64,000 nucleotides of DNA, taken from the NCBI RefSeq assembly GCF_006345805.1, contig NC_042998.1, positions 153,388,001 through 153,452,000 on the forward strand, given 5' to 3'. Both the position numbers and the translations under genes were made by a program. Below are positions 33,164 through 46,592 of this stretch, piece after piece. This DNA is from Octopus sinensis. Taxonomy: Eukaryota. Numbering within the stretch: the stretch's first letter is position 1; each line of letters opens with the position of its first letter. The notes under the pieces are model-generated. The model had not been told where the DNA came from. It did no database searches and saw nothing but the letters and a program-made list of their open reading frames with translations.

Positions 33164-33945
33164 CTAGCAGTATAACCCGGCCTTACCCAGGATTAAGTTA
33201 CGATTATTAAGCTAATCAAGTTCTTTATTTCAAACCCAACTAAGTAATATCGACTCTCAACAAAACACTTTATTACTCGGCATAAAATAAAAACAAAACT
33301 CTTTTGCACCCAAAGTAATGTGTGTGAGAGAGGGGGAAGAAAGATGAACGATTTAAAATAAATATATTGTAATTGTTGTGTGAGAAAGTATATATACTAT
33401 GATTATAAAATATAATGTCTTTCAAAAACATCCTGAATTTGAACACTATATCTCATGTTTAAGAAAAAATAAAACATTTTACATTTTATTTTTTATGAAC
33501 GTCGTCACTTACTCTCTATCTCTCACTTTGTCTTTCCCTTTTTTTTGCTTAGACACCGTGAAACTCTCTTCCCCTTTTCTTTATCTTGTTTTTTTTGTTA
33601 GACACCGTCAAAAAGCTATGGCTGAAAATGGATTTTTATGAACGTCGTCACCTACTCTCTCTCACTTTGTCTTTCCCGTGAAACTCTCTTCCACTTTCCT
33701 TTATCTTGTTTTTTTGTTAGACGCCGTCAAAAAGCTATGGCTGATATTTTTTATGGCTAAAAGTTATGGCTGAAAATAGAATTTCACCACTATCTGTGGG
33801 TGCCTCGGGAAAAAAATAAGTTGACAAAACCCAGATAGGATGTTGACGAATGTCCTCCTAAAATTTGAGCAACATGCGTGCTAATTTGTGGATGTGCATA
33901 AACTACAATCATGTACACACACATCTTGCCTTATATATATACAGA
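33164..33945 (-). mobile_element. Non-autonomous Helitron-like element
   Basis: Minus-strand A|TC start, subterminal hairpin and CTAG|T end. Internal ~145-bp tandem duplication (33497-33780). Confidence 0.6.
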
Positions 33946-34099
33946 TTTCAGGTGTTTTTTAGCTTTTGTTGTTTGTTCTCTTGCTTCATAGCTGTCATTT
34001 ACTATGGCTTCTTGTATCATTCAGCTTCCTTAAATACAGAAGACAGAAAATATTATTATCATTATTATTATTATTGAAGGAAGCTTTACTTCTTAGACT

Positions 34100-34330
34100 A
34101 ACATTTTTGTGCACAATGTTGTTAAACCTCTGTTAATAACACCGTATGCAAGTCCTTTTCATTTTCTTTCATGCATGGATAAATTTTTCACTATAGACTT
34201 TAATGGCCATAAAGACACTATATCACTGGATAGACTAAAAAAGGCCTTCATAGAGAAAACTGTCCCTGTTCCCACTGCAGATGATACACACACAGCCTGC
34301 ACACCCACCTTCACATTCCATTACTACCAT
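34100..34330 (+). mobile_element. Gypsy integrase C-terminal fragment
   Basis: PYASPFHFLSCMDKFFTIDFNGHKDTISLDRLKKA, similar to the integrase end at 43200-43300. Confidence 0.65.
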
Positions 34331-34557
34331 TGGGATCAATCAGGTACCGGACAAGGATTCTGGATTATTTTCTTCCAGTTTTTTACTTAATCTTTGAGAG
34401 TATTCAGGTTCATTTTTAGTATTTTTGTTTGTCAGAGCAGTCGACTTTATTTCAGATATTCTCATTTTAAAAATCATCTCTGGCTAATCGTTAAGAAGAC
34501 GTTGGTGTTGCCTTGGCGGAGGTTTGCACTCTCTAAGTGCTCTTCCTCCTCCTACCC

Positions 34558-34615
34558 CTCTTCTTCTTCTTCTTCTTCTTCTTCTTCTTCTTCTTCTTCT
34601 TCTTCTTCTTCTTCT
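34558..34615 (+). repeat. (TTC)n microsatellite
   Basis: Long pure TTC run. Confidence 0.95.
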
Positions 34616-35095
34616 CATTATTATTATATTATTATTATTATTGCAGTGAGTTGGCAGAACTTTTTGTGTGCTGGATGAAATGCTTAGCAGTATTTTGCCC
34701 ATCGCTACATTCTAAGTTCAAATTCCACTGAGGTCGACTTTGCCTTTCATCCTTTCAGGGTCAATAAATTAAGTACCAGTGAAACACTGGAGTCGAGATA
34801 ATCGACTCATTCCCCCACCCAAAACAGCTGCCCTTGTGGCAAAATCTGAAACCATTATCATCATCATTTTTATTATTATTGTTGATGTTATTATTTTTGT
34901 TGTTGTTATTATTCTATGTTTGACTTTTGCTTTACATTTGTACAAGTTGACTCCAAGTCTTCTCAAGAGACAACAAGTTGGAAGTTCATGTTGGTTTTAT
35001 GCCTAGGGTGCCATATATTTGGTTTTGTACTTAGTGTTGTACTAGTGAATGTCTAAAAAACCATACAAAAATTATGTTTGTTTTAAAACTTGACA

Positions 35096-35260
35096 TTACA
35101 TAGAAAGTATTTTGCGTAGGATATGAGCAGTTCCCATGAGCACTATCTTTTGAATTTCTGCCATTTTGGGGTTTCCTGGTATCTGAGTTAGGTAGCAATC
35201 AGCCAATTTTGCTATCATTCCCAGGGCACCTATGACAACAGATATTATTTTAGTCTTATT
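35096..35260 (-). mobile_element. R4/Dong-like extreme 3' fragment
   Basis: VVIGALGMI...IQKIVLMGTAHILRKILSM, matching the end of ORF 8718-9170. Confidence 0.8.
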
Positions 35261-36434
35261 ATTATTATTATTATTATAAGGGCGGTAAGCTGGCAGAATT
35301 GTTAGCATACTGGGCAAAATGCTTAGTGGTATTTCGTCCATCTTTCCATTCTGAGTTCAAATTCTGCCAAGATCAACTTTACCTTTTATCCTTTCAGGGT
35401 TGATAATATAAGTAGAATTGAACATTGGGGTCAATATAATCGATTATCCCCCCTTCCCCCAAAGTTTCAGGCCTTGTAGAAAGGATTATTATTATTATCA
35501 TTATGAATTATTATGAAGCTACATTGCCTTGTGGTTATGGTTTTGCACTCATGATTATGAGATTGTGGTTTCAATTCCTAGACTTGGTGGTGTGTTGTGT
35601 TCTTGAACAAAACATTTCATCTCATGTTACTCTGCGATCACTTTAACACCTCATGCATGGCACACCGTGCACCTGTTCAGACAACATCAATTTGATGGAG
35701 GGAGTGAGCTAATGAACAGCATATACAATTGATCACTATAAACAAATCTTTTGGGCAGGTTGTTCAGCAAAAAAGCTGAACACTCATATGTCATCTTTGA
35801 TGGGAGAGTCCATCATTTTGAGTTAAGATTCTGCTGAGATTAGCTTTGCCTTTCATCCTTTCAGGGTTGATAAAATAAGTACCAGATGAGCACTGGGATG
35901 GATGTAATCAGCTTATCCCTCCACCAAAATTACTGACCTTATGCCAAAATTTGAACCATTATTAATATTGTTATTATTGTTGTTATGGTGGTGGTGGTTA
36001 AGGTGGAAAGCTGGTCAGGCATGTCAGGCAAAAGGTGTAGCAGCTTTTCATTCATCTTTACTTTCAGAGTTTAAACTCTACCAATGTTGTCTTTGTCTTT
36101 CATCTGTTCAGGGTTAGTACTAATCAAGTACTGAGATCAATGTTATTGACTAGCTCTTGCCTCTCCCTTCAAAAACTACTAGCTCTGGGCCAAAATTTGA
36201 AAAGTGATGAGTAGACAGAATCATTAGTATGCCAGACAAAATGCTTAATGGTATTTTGTCTGTGTTTACTTTCTGTGTTCAAATGATGCTGAGGTTGACT
36301 TTGCCTTTCATCCTTTTGGGGGTCAATAACATAAGTATCAGATGAGCACTGAGGCTGTAATCAACTTCCCTACTTCCCAGAAATTACTGTCTTTGTGCCA
36401 AAATTTGAAACCATTATTGTTGTTGTTGTTGTAG

Positions 36435-36578
36435 GTCATTGATATTTGTGATATTACACCAGAGCCTGCACTAAAGTGGTGTCACTTGCTCCCCAGTGTC
36501 ACAATCCGGGTGTTGGTCTGTGGTGGCGATGGCACAATTGGATGGGTCTTAAATGCCATTGAGAGACTTAGTCTACAG
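36435..36578 (+). CDS. DGKE: DGKE coding exon 2 (ATP-binding GGDGT motif)
   Basis: AG|VIDICDITPEPALKWCHLLPSVTIRVLVCGGDGTIGWVLNAIERLSLQ|GTAAGG. 144 nt, phase 0-0. Confidence 0.93.
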
Positions 36579-37079
36579 GTAAGGCATTTCTTTGACATCT
36601 TTCTACAACTTCACCATTTTCCCTGTTGTTCTCACTTATCACACCATTGTCATCATCAACAGCATCATTACCAACTTAATAATCATTACTGCAATTGCTA
36701 TCATCCCTCATTGTTAGTATTGTTATTATTATTATTATTAAGGTAGTGAGCTGGCAGAATTGTTAGTTTGCTGGGCAAAATGCTTAGTGGCATTTTATCT
36801 GTTATGTTCTGAATTCAAATTTTGCTGAGGTCGACTCTACCTTTCAGCTTTCAGAGTCAATAAAATAAGTACCAATTGAGCACTGAGGATAATGTAATTG
36901 ACTAGCCCCGCCCCCAAATCCAGGCAGGCCTTGTGCCTATAGTAGAAAGGATTATTATTATTATTAATGACAATAATTATAATAATAATAATAATAATAA
37001 TAATAGTATTATAAGCATGGAGGTAGACAACATGTAAGAAAACTGCACAAATTGATCTGTTTGATCTGGGAAAATGGAT

Positions 37080-38430
37080 CTGTTCCCCAACAGTTCAAAG
37101 ATTTCAGGCTGAGAGAAATACAGTTGACAGGATTTTTACCCTTCAGCAACAAAAAACACATGAGCAAAATACTGACTTGTACATGGCTTTTGTTGACTTG
37201 ACCAAGGCCTTTGATACAGTGAATTGTGAGGCACTCTGGAAAATTTTGTCAAAAATTGGTCTTCCTGATAAAATGAAAAAGGTAATAGTTTTTCTGCACA
37301 AAGGAATGATGGCAACAGTGATATCTAGCAGTCACTGTTCAGAGGCATGCCACTGGAACCAAACAGGGCTGTGTTTTAGCTCCTGTACTTTTTTCCATAT
37401 TCTTTTCAGTGATGCTTCTACATGCTTTAGAGATTACCATGAAGGTGTAAAATTCTAGTTTCACACAGAAGGAGGTCTACTAAGTCTAAAAGGGCAAAGT
37501 TTTAGATAAAGAAAAAGACCAAGGAAGAAATTCTATGTGACTTTTTGTTTGCTGATGATTCTCTTAGAATTCTCATACATTTGAGGGAATTCAGGAAATA
37601 GTAACAAGTTTGTTGTTGCAGCTTGCACATTTGGACTGACTATCAGCATCAAGACTATCAATATCAAGAAGAATAAAATTTTATTCCAACCAAAACATGG
37701 GGCAGAATATACTCAAGATTCAAATGTAATGATTGACAATAAGCCACTTAAATGGGTCAAGTCATTTAAATATCTTGGAAGTACAGTAGACTTTTAGGGT
37801 ACTCTTGATGATAAAATCAGTGTTAGAATATCTAAGGCTACAAATGCTTTTGGATGATTTTCCTATCGTTTGTGGGATGAACATGATGTCAATTTGTAAG
37901 CTAAAATAAATGTATATAAATCTTGTATTTTGAGCACACTCTTGTATGGGGCAGAAGCATGGACTCCCTACTACAGACATATAAATAAACTTGAAACCTT
38001 TCACATGTGCTGTCTACACAATATCTGCCACAAAAATGGCACAATAAGATATCAAATGTCAAAATCTTAGAAAAATGTGATATCTTCAGTATCGAAAGCA
38101 TGCTGCTGAGAATTCAGTGCAGATGGGTAGGACATATTTGAGTGAAAAATGACTGCATTCTGAAAATTCTTTTGTATGACCAAGAAGTAGAGGTAGACTG
38201 CTGTAAAAGATGACACATCCTAAGATATAAGGATAAGTTGAAGCAATCACTAAGGTTTCTACAGCTTAATTTGACATCTTGTGGAAGTCATTGCCCAAAT
38301 AAATCTACAATGTGTCATGATGCATCAAAACAATTTGAGACAAAGAAACAAAAATATAAGAATTACATCCTGCTATCAACAGACATATTTGCCCAGGCAA
38401 AATCAAAGTCATCAGTGTCCCCATTGTGAC
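37080..38430 (+). mobile_element. Degenerate RTE (BovB-like) LINE
   Basis: YMAFVDLTKAFDTV, LFADD, FKYLGS and a terminal CPHC finger, with many lesions. Confidence 0.8.
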
Positions 38431-39544
38431 TTCATAGCAAAATCCATACCTGGATTCAAATTACATTCACCATCTATCGCAAATAGATGCAGCTTTTTAT
38501 GTTCTTTTATTTTTAAAGATAGGGTTTTTTGTCTCACAGTTTTCTTTGTTACATCAAAATTTTTTTTAAAATCCTCTCTTTCAAACACCGATACATCGAA
38601 ATTGAAGGAAATGACCATCATTATTAATATTAGGGTGGCAAGCTGGAAGAATTGTTAGTATGTCAGGCAAAATGCTTAGTGGCATTTTGTCCATCTTCAC
38701 ATTCTGAGTTCAAATTCTGCCGAGGTCAACTTTGCCTTTCATCCATTTTGAGGTTGGTAAAATAAGTACCAATAGGTCACTGGGGTCAATGTAGTCAACT
38801 TACCCACTTCCCCTGAAATTACTGGCCTTGTGCCAAAATTTGAACTCATTATTATTATTATGGTAGTGAGCTGGTAGAATTGTTAACATGCTGGACAAAA
38901 TGCTTAGTGGCATTTCTCCCAACTTTATTTTCAGAGTTCAAATGACCCTGGGGTCAGCTTTGCCTTTCATCCTTTTGTGATCATAAAATAAGTACCAGCT
39001 GAGCACTGGGGTCAATATCGACTTATCCCCTTCTCTGAACTTACTGGCCTTGTGCCAAAATATGAAATCATTATAGTCATCATCATCTTCATTGTCACAA
39101 ATGTTGCCCTGATGACAGTGGAATATCAATGAAATTTTTGTATACTGCAGCTGCATTACCCTCAATATTTTGTTAAAATAAGATTACATTTTTTTGTGTC
39201 CAAAAGCTTTGAGTTAGATTTGGTGTTAATATAATGTTAATATGGATGAAAACAAAAAGTTTGGGGCAAGATCAGAGGTCTTAGTGCCATAGGTATAGCA
39301 CGTTTCAATGTCAAGCAGTCATGTACAGGAATAACAACAACTATGTTCATGTCCATGTAAAGCCATCTTTTATCTCTATACATTTAATCTCTATACATCT
39401 CTATACAATTGTATAAAATCTATACAATCTCTATACAATTTTATCTCTATACATTTAACATTTAATCTCTATAAATATGTTAGCTGTCATATTTGGCAAT
39501 TCTGTTGATGCATAATTCAGGTTTTTTTCTATTTATTTTTTCAG

Positions 39545-39690
39545 CCTCAACCCCAAATATGTATTTTGCCAATGGGCACTGGAAATGATTTATCCCAAGT
39601 TTTAGGTTGGGGAGAAATATTCACTGATCAAATAGAAGTCCCTAAAATTCTTGACAAGATAAACCAAGCTACAGTAGTTGAGTTAGACAG
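39545..39690 (+). CDS. DGKE: DGKE coding exon 3
   Basis: TTTTTCAG|PQPQICILPMGTGNDLSQVLGWG...VVELD(AG)|GTAACA. 146 nt, phase 0-2. Confidence 0.93.
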
Positions 39691-40395
39691 GTAACAAGTT
39701 TGACCTTTAACTATTTCACATCCATCTTTATTTTACACTGGTGATACATTTTCTTTTCTATATATACATTTCTATTACACTCATTAGGTTTTGCCCCACT
39801 CACTGTAGAAATGCACATTACTTGCTCAACTCAGTTTGCCTGATTAATAAAAGCTTTCATCTTTACATCTTTACTGTAAAAACAATGGCTCCATTAATTT
39901 CTTGTTGCAAATATCTAAATATACAAAAACCATCACAACCATATTAACATATGAAGTATATCTGGTTTTAACAAATGGAAACTTAGAAGTTGATTGTTTC
40001 TGTCTGTCTGTAACTTTTGTAAACACCCATTTATAAAAGAAGAAATGAATTAGAGGAGTGAAAATATTTGTTTACAGTTTCAGAGATTGCAAGAAGAGAT
40101 CAGTGATGTGTGTTGTTTCAGCAACATTACTGATTTTCTAAATATCTGGGCATCAACATAATTGCCCCTTCTCTCACTTACACTTCCCATACATATTCTA
40201 GATTACATCTCAAAGATAATAATTCACCAGATACAAAAATCTTCACTCCTCAGCTTCTGTGATATTCACTAATCCAGTGATATATCCTATCCAATTTGTA
40301 TATCCAAATCGATCAAGTGTCCATTGTTGTATATCCAAATTACTGGATAGACCACTTATTTCATTCACTACAAAACTTTTATTTTATATTTTCAG

Positions 40396-40450
40396 GTGGA
40401 ATCTTGATATCAACCATTCTGGACACTTTCGACTGCCTTACTACAAAAAG
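40396..40450 (+). CDS. DGKE: DGKE coding exon 4
   Basis: TTTTCAG|(G)WNLDINHSGHFRLPYYKK|GTTTCT completes the conserved LDRW motif. 55 nt, phase 2-0, weak donor. Confidence 0.8.
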
Positions 40451-41109
40451 GTTTCTTTTCCTTTTTTCTTCTTGCTTTGTTTCCCTTTTTTCCTATTTGT
40501 TTTGGTCTCCTTTTAGTATTTTTGCAAGAGATAAAGGAACTGCATGTATGAGCTTTTGATTGTTTTATATATGATAAGCAATCCTAATCTTGCAGGGTGC
40601 CAGTATCACATAAAAAGCACCTGTGTTGATACCATGTAAAAGCACTTGTGTCAGTGTTGTGTAACAGCACCCAGTACTCTCTGTAAAGTGGTTAGCATTA
40701 GGAAGGGCATCTAGCCATAGAAACCATAATAAAACAGATATGGAACCTGAGCTGCTCTCCAGCTGACCAGCTCCTTTTAAACTGTTCAACCTATGCCAGC
40801 ATAGAAAATAGATGTTCAATGATAATGTTCAGTGAGAAAATGTATTGTAGCTTCTATTGAGAAAATGACTGTATGGATGAGATTAGGTGAGTGTTGTTGA
40901 TAACTTTATTCTAAAACTCATTTTATTTCCTTTAATTAATATGGGTAATTAATACCTTTTATAAAGGCATGAATGACTTCATTTCTGTTATAAACTTCCA
41001 CATCTTTTGATATAGCCTGATATTTTTGTGGTGATGATAAAAAGGAAATGCAAATTTTTCTAAAATCTGGGAAGATTTTTTAATGAATAATGTTTACATT
41101 TGGTTATTT

Positions 41110-44100
41110 TATAGCGGCTGTCATTGGCTGCTGAAGTGCATGTTATTAAATAGAAAAACGATTAGTACGAATCACCATAAGGCATTTTTGTGTACAAATA
41201 TGTTGTTTATTCTGTGTTTACATTTTGTGGTGGAAGCATGTAGTATGATACAAAAACATGTGTGTTTACATACAAAGAAAGTTTTGATTTTTGCTTTTGC
41301 ACTGAAAGAAGTAACATATATTTGTATTATAGTATGTATGTAATGAGAACAATCATTTTGAGAGTGTGTGTGTACTAAAATATCTTCATTTATGAACCTT
41401 GTATCTTGAGTCGAGGGGAATAGACATGTAAGTCACACATGGGAGATTGCACATGGAGCCTGGCAGGAACTGAGGCCATTTCTACAGTGTAGCTCAGAAC
41501 AAGACTAGTGTCTCAGAACAAGGCTACTGTATTAAAGCAAGGCTAGTGTATCAAAGCAAGGCTAGACACCTCATTGATATATCCGTCTGCTGTGCAGGTC
41601 GACTCACATATTACTATGTAATATGTAGCTCTGCTACATAGCCTTCAAAAAGACTTGAAAAAGTCGAAAAAAAAGTAGAGATGGCATATGTAAATATGCA
41701 GTGCAAAAAGCAGGTAAGAACATAGAATACAAATAGAAGGATGCAATACAACAAAAAATGAGAAACTGAAATGAAAAGTAAAACATGGTAAGGGTAAACA
41801 GAATATGAATACAAAGAAATAAGCAAAATTTTCAAGTCGATTAGGTAAAGTTCAAAGGAATACTGGGAATAACAAAACTGTTTTGTTGGTGATACTGTTG
41901 AAAAGTCTTTGGTAAGTTCACAAAAAGTTCATTATAGTTCAAATGTATATAGTTTTAGACCAATGTACATAGCGACCACTATGAGTCATAGTGACATGTA
42001 GATGGAGGAGGGGTCAGTGGTGGTTGCAGTGGGTTAGCATAATTTTATGTTGTACTGTAAATGTGGGGGTGTATGAGGTGATATTGTATCACTGTCTGTT
42101 TATGCCTGCTTAACCCTTTCATTACTATATTTCTGACCAAAATACACCCCTTATGTGTTTCAATTAATTTCTACCATAATCATAAATTTAGTTTGGTTTC
42201 ATTAAACAACTATAACTTTTTTATTTATCAAAATATTGTGATTTTTGGAAGATAATTTAATGAAATATTTTCAACCAATTCTATACTATAATTTTTGTCA
42301 CAAAGTGACTCTAATTGCAGGTAGATACAGGTAAATTCAACAAAATATAGAATTATTAAAATTTTGTTCAAACATCGCTATAGAAAATGGGTTATTAGCT
42401 AATATTCAATTGGGTATACAACAAAATTTTACGATAGAATTTGTTATTCTGGGTAACTTTCTGATACCCATAATAATATTTATGGCAAAATAGTCTTAAT
42501 TTCATTTAAGGTTGTGGGAAACCACAAACTATCCTTTCTTTCGCTTTGTTTACATTCAGCGTACCGGTTCGTTTCCGCCGTAATGATTTCAAATAGGCTC
42601 GTTCGAAAAAGTAAAAAGAAATAGTCTAAGGCTTTACTCTCATGGGAAAGTCTGTGGCTTGGTCCAGTTTCTTAAGAAAAATCACCGAAAGAAACAGTTT
42701 TAAAATTTTCACTCCATTCAGGTGCCAATTCATTTTCTTTATCGCTGTCAGAGCTCTCGGATTCACTGTTTTCACTTTCGGAAAATGAAGCATCAGATTC
42801 ATTATCAAATACCACATGCTTTTTTTTTCAGTCATAGAGTTAGATTTATGAAGGTCTTCAGTAGAAAATCCTTCGAATTCTGACTCGCTGCTTGATATAA
42901 TGAAATTCATATCCATTTTTTGTCAGAATTACAAATTTTGAAAACACAATAGGAACAAATTTCGGAAAAAAATCTCCCAAAATTCACGGAATTAAAATTA
43001 CACTTCGATCGTTGTACAAAACTGTAGATGGACTGTTTACGAAATATAATCACTTGTTTTCACGAATGTACTAAAGAGATTTGCTCTGATATTCTCATTT
43101 AAATATGAATAGGTAAATACAGGTGGGTTTGGGCGGTTTGGTCACATTAACCAAAATTTTTTTCGGGTGGCTTTGGGCGGTTTGGTAACGAAAGGGTTAA
43201 GCCTGTCTATTGAAACAATTTCCTTTTTACCATTAATGTCAATGGTGTATAGTTTGTCTGTGTGCCACAGGACATGATAGGGTCCTATGTGTGAAGGTGT
43301 GAGAGAGGTTTTCACAGCATTGTTTCATAGAAACAAATGGGGCCAAGAATCAATGTCTTTTGGAACTGATTATTTAGTGGTTTGGTGTCATGTTGACATG
43401 GGTGGCAGTGTTTGCATGTATTTGTGAAGTCTGTGTGTGTACATAGTGGGGTCTTGTGTGGACAGATCCACTGGGCCAACATCTGGCCTGGCAATGAAAG
43501 AGGTGTGCCATAAACAAGTTCTGCTGGGGAATAACTGAGATCCTCTTTTATTGAGGCTCAACAACTAAGAAGATATTCGCTCCAATGCTGCCAATATGGG
43601 TAGGCACACAAAGCAGCTTTCATTTGATGGTAGAATTGTTCCACCATACCGTTGGATTGTGGATAGTAACTGGTGGTTCAAATCCGATGTGCACCTATGG
43701 TCTGCATGAGCTCATGGAAGAGTTGTGATTCAAACTGTTTTTCATGGTTGGTAGTGACTCCAAACTGTGATATCCATCCTGTACAAAAAGCTTTGACAAC
43801 AGATTCTGCAGTGATATCTACTAAATAAATAGGTTCTGGCCAACATTGAAATGATCAATGCAGGTGAGCAGGTAGGTATATTCCTGGTTAACTGGCCAAT
43901 GTCCAACAAGGTCAATGTGTACATGGTTAAAATGTACATCTGGTGTGTTGAATGTGCCAAGGGGTGCATAGATGTGCCTATACACCTTTGACTTCTGACA
44001 GAAAAGGCAGGAGCATGACCAAGCAGTAATGTCTTGTCTCATATTTGGCCAAAAGAATCTAGTGGAAATGAGTTCCAACACTATCGGCTCATTCCTCTTT

Positions 44101-46592
44101 TTCCTATTCTGAAGGAGTGTGTTTAGTGGATATAGGATTTCAGCTGAATGAGGAACAAAGCGCCGATAGAAAGTGAATAGTCCTAAGAAATGTCAGAGCT
44201 GATGTAACGAGTTGGGTGGAAGTAACTCTTGCAATGCCTTCACCATGTCAGGCAGTGGCGGTATGCCTTTGGGGCTGAAGACATGGCCTAGGAAGGTCAA
44301 AGAAGATGCACCAGAAACACATTTGGTAGGGCTGATCTGCACTTGGTAAGTCTTGAACCACTTGAACAGCTAACGTACATGATGGACATGTTCCTTGGGT
44401 AGGTGCTAGCTATCAAAATGTAGTCGATGTACACATAGACGAAGTCTAAGTCTCAGATGACTTCGTCTATGAACCTTTGAAATGTGCTGACTGAATTCTA
44501 TAAACCAAATTGCATAGTCAGGAATTTGAAGGCACCAAAAGGAGTGGTTACAGCAGTCTTTGGAGCATCGTCTGGGTTCACAGGAATCTGATGGTATACC
44601 TTAACCAAGTCTAGTTTGGTGAATATTCTGCAGTTGTGGAGAGATGACGCAAAATCCTGAATGTGAGGTATTGAGTACCTGTCTGGCACTGTGATGGAGT
44701 TTAATCTCCTGCAGTCACCAGTGGGCCACTAGTCCCCAGAACGCTTTGGAATCATGTGCAAGGGTGATGCCCAGGGTCTATTAGAGGGGCGGATGATGCC
44801 CAACTGGACCATGTGGTTAAATTCCTACTTGGCCACTTTTAGCTTCTCCAAAGAGAGGCGACAAGGGTGAGAAAAAGCTGGAGCACCTTTAGTTTCAATG
44901 AAATGGGTGGTGGTGTGAGTTGGAGCAGCAGTAAAAACATTTAGGTTAGTCAGCTTCGGATATGAGTTTAAGAGTGCATAGTATGGGTCGTCCAAGGCAG
45001 CAATGAAAAAGACTGGACTAACTGCAGGGTTAGTGGGATAGAAAGTTCTGTGGTCATGTCCCATAAGCACTGAGTGTGCATTTCCACAAACAGGTGGAAG
45101 TGGTGCAAAAAGTCTGCACCTAATATTGGGTAAGGGAGATCTATGACTGTAAAAATCCACTTGAAGTCACATCGTAGATCTGAATCCAATGAACGAGATA
45201 TCTGGCTGAAAGTTTGAATCGGTGAATGGTTCGCTCCCTGTAGAGTCACTGGTAGTAACAGCGGTTTATTCATGAGGAGTTTTAATGGCCATATTTTGCA
45301 GGCAGCACCTGTATCTATGAGGCAGTAGGTGTGGGATATGTGGTCTGTTAGGAAAAATGCATGGTTGGCCACTGGCTGCTGCAGAGAATGTGCCGTGCTC
45401 AATTCTCTAGTTGGTCATTTTCCTGTCGAGAAAAAGTACAGGGTTGGGTACACTTATGTGCTGAAGCTCCAGACTTGGCATGGTACCAGCATATGAATGA
45501 ATGAGCAGAGGACAATCAATGGCAAGGTGAGAAGTAGCGATCAAAAGAACGCTGTCTGGGTGAATGTGACTAGGATGTGCGAAGGTTCTGCACTTGTCTC
45601 ATTAATTCAGCTATCATGTTTAGGATAGCAGCCGAGGCAAGGTCCTTGTCAGTGGAAACTGACACTACTGGTGGGTGTACAGAGGTATCCAGTGATACAG
45701 GGGTTGGCTTAGTGGTGTTGCTGGTATACTCTATGATTCTGTTGGTGGTGGAGGCTATTTGCTCGACAGAGTTGTCTCTACCATAGAGGCTAGGACGACT
45801 TGGACATTAGAGGGCAACTGGGAAAAAAATAGTTGTTTCAATAAAGCACTATCAGCAGGCACATTTTGGGCCATTTCCTTCATGTGACGCAGAAGTTGCA
45901 AGGGTTTACTGTCGCCCAAGTGCTCATCATTGTTTTTAGCCTGATTCGGCTACAAGAACAAAAGTGAATTTTTTTGGGGGGGGGAGCTGTTGACATCCTA
46001 GCAACAGATTGTTCTTATATGAAAATATGTTGGTGAAAGTGCAGTGTGTTTGGGGATCACCATTTTATAGTGGCTGTCGTTGGCTGCTGAAGTGCATGTT
46101 ATTAAATGGAAAAACAGTTAGTATGAATCACCATAAGACATTTTTTTGTGTACAAATATATTGTTTATTCCGTTTTTACATTTTGTGGTGGAAGCATGTA
46201 GTATGATACAAAAACATGTGTGTTTACATACAAAGAAAGTTTTGATTTTTGCTTTTGCACTGAAAGAAGTAACATATATTTGTATTACAGTATGTATGCA
46301 TGTGTGTAATGAGAACAATCATTTTGAGAATGTGTGTGTAATAAAATATCTTTGTTTACAAACCATATCATGTGTCGCATGTGGGAGATTGTGCATGGAG
46401 CTGCAGTGAAGGCACGTATCTTTGACCAAAGCCTGGCAGGAACTGAGGCTGTTTCTACGGTGTAGCTCAGAATGAGACTAGTGTCTCAGAACAAGGCTAG
46501 TGTATCAAAGCAAGGCTAGATGCCTCATCGATATATTTGTCTGCTGTGCTGGTCGACTCACATATTACTATATGATATGTAGCTCTGCTATA
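41110..46592 (-). mobile_element. Ty3/Gypsy LTR retrotransposon, degenerate, RNase H region apparently deleted
   Basis: LTRs at 41110-41638 and 46066-46592. 4-bp TSD ATTT (41106-41109, 46593-46596). PBS-like TGGTGATCCCC at 46062-46052. Protease IDTGA, RT KLDLVKVYHQIP...TTPFG, integrase VHIDLVG. Confidence 0.92.
42114..43196 (-). mobile_element. Internally deleted piggyBac nested in the Gypsy integrase 3' end
   Basis: TTAA|CCCTTTCATTAC ... GTAACGAAAGGG|TTAA. Acidic N-terminal remnant SSESEFEGFSTEDL at 42626-42916 (-). Confidence 0.85.

Larger units (their letters stand above)
34645..39075 (+). mobile_element. Cluster of at least 8 same-orientation tRNA-derived SINEs (~34645, 35280, 35825, 36000, 36210, 36740, 38635, 38860)
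   Basis: Repeated GAGCTGGCAGAATTGTTAG...GTCGACTTTGCCTTTCATCCTTT...AAAATAAGTACC...GTGCCAAAATTTGAA...(ATT)n units. Confidence 0.85.
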
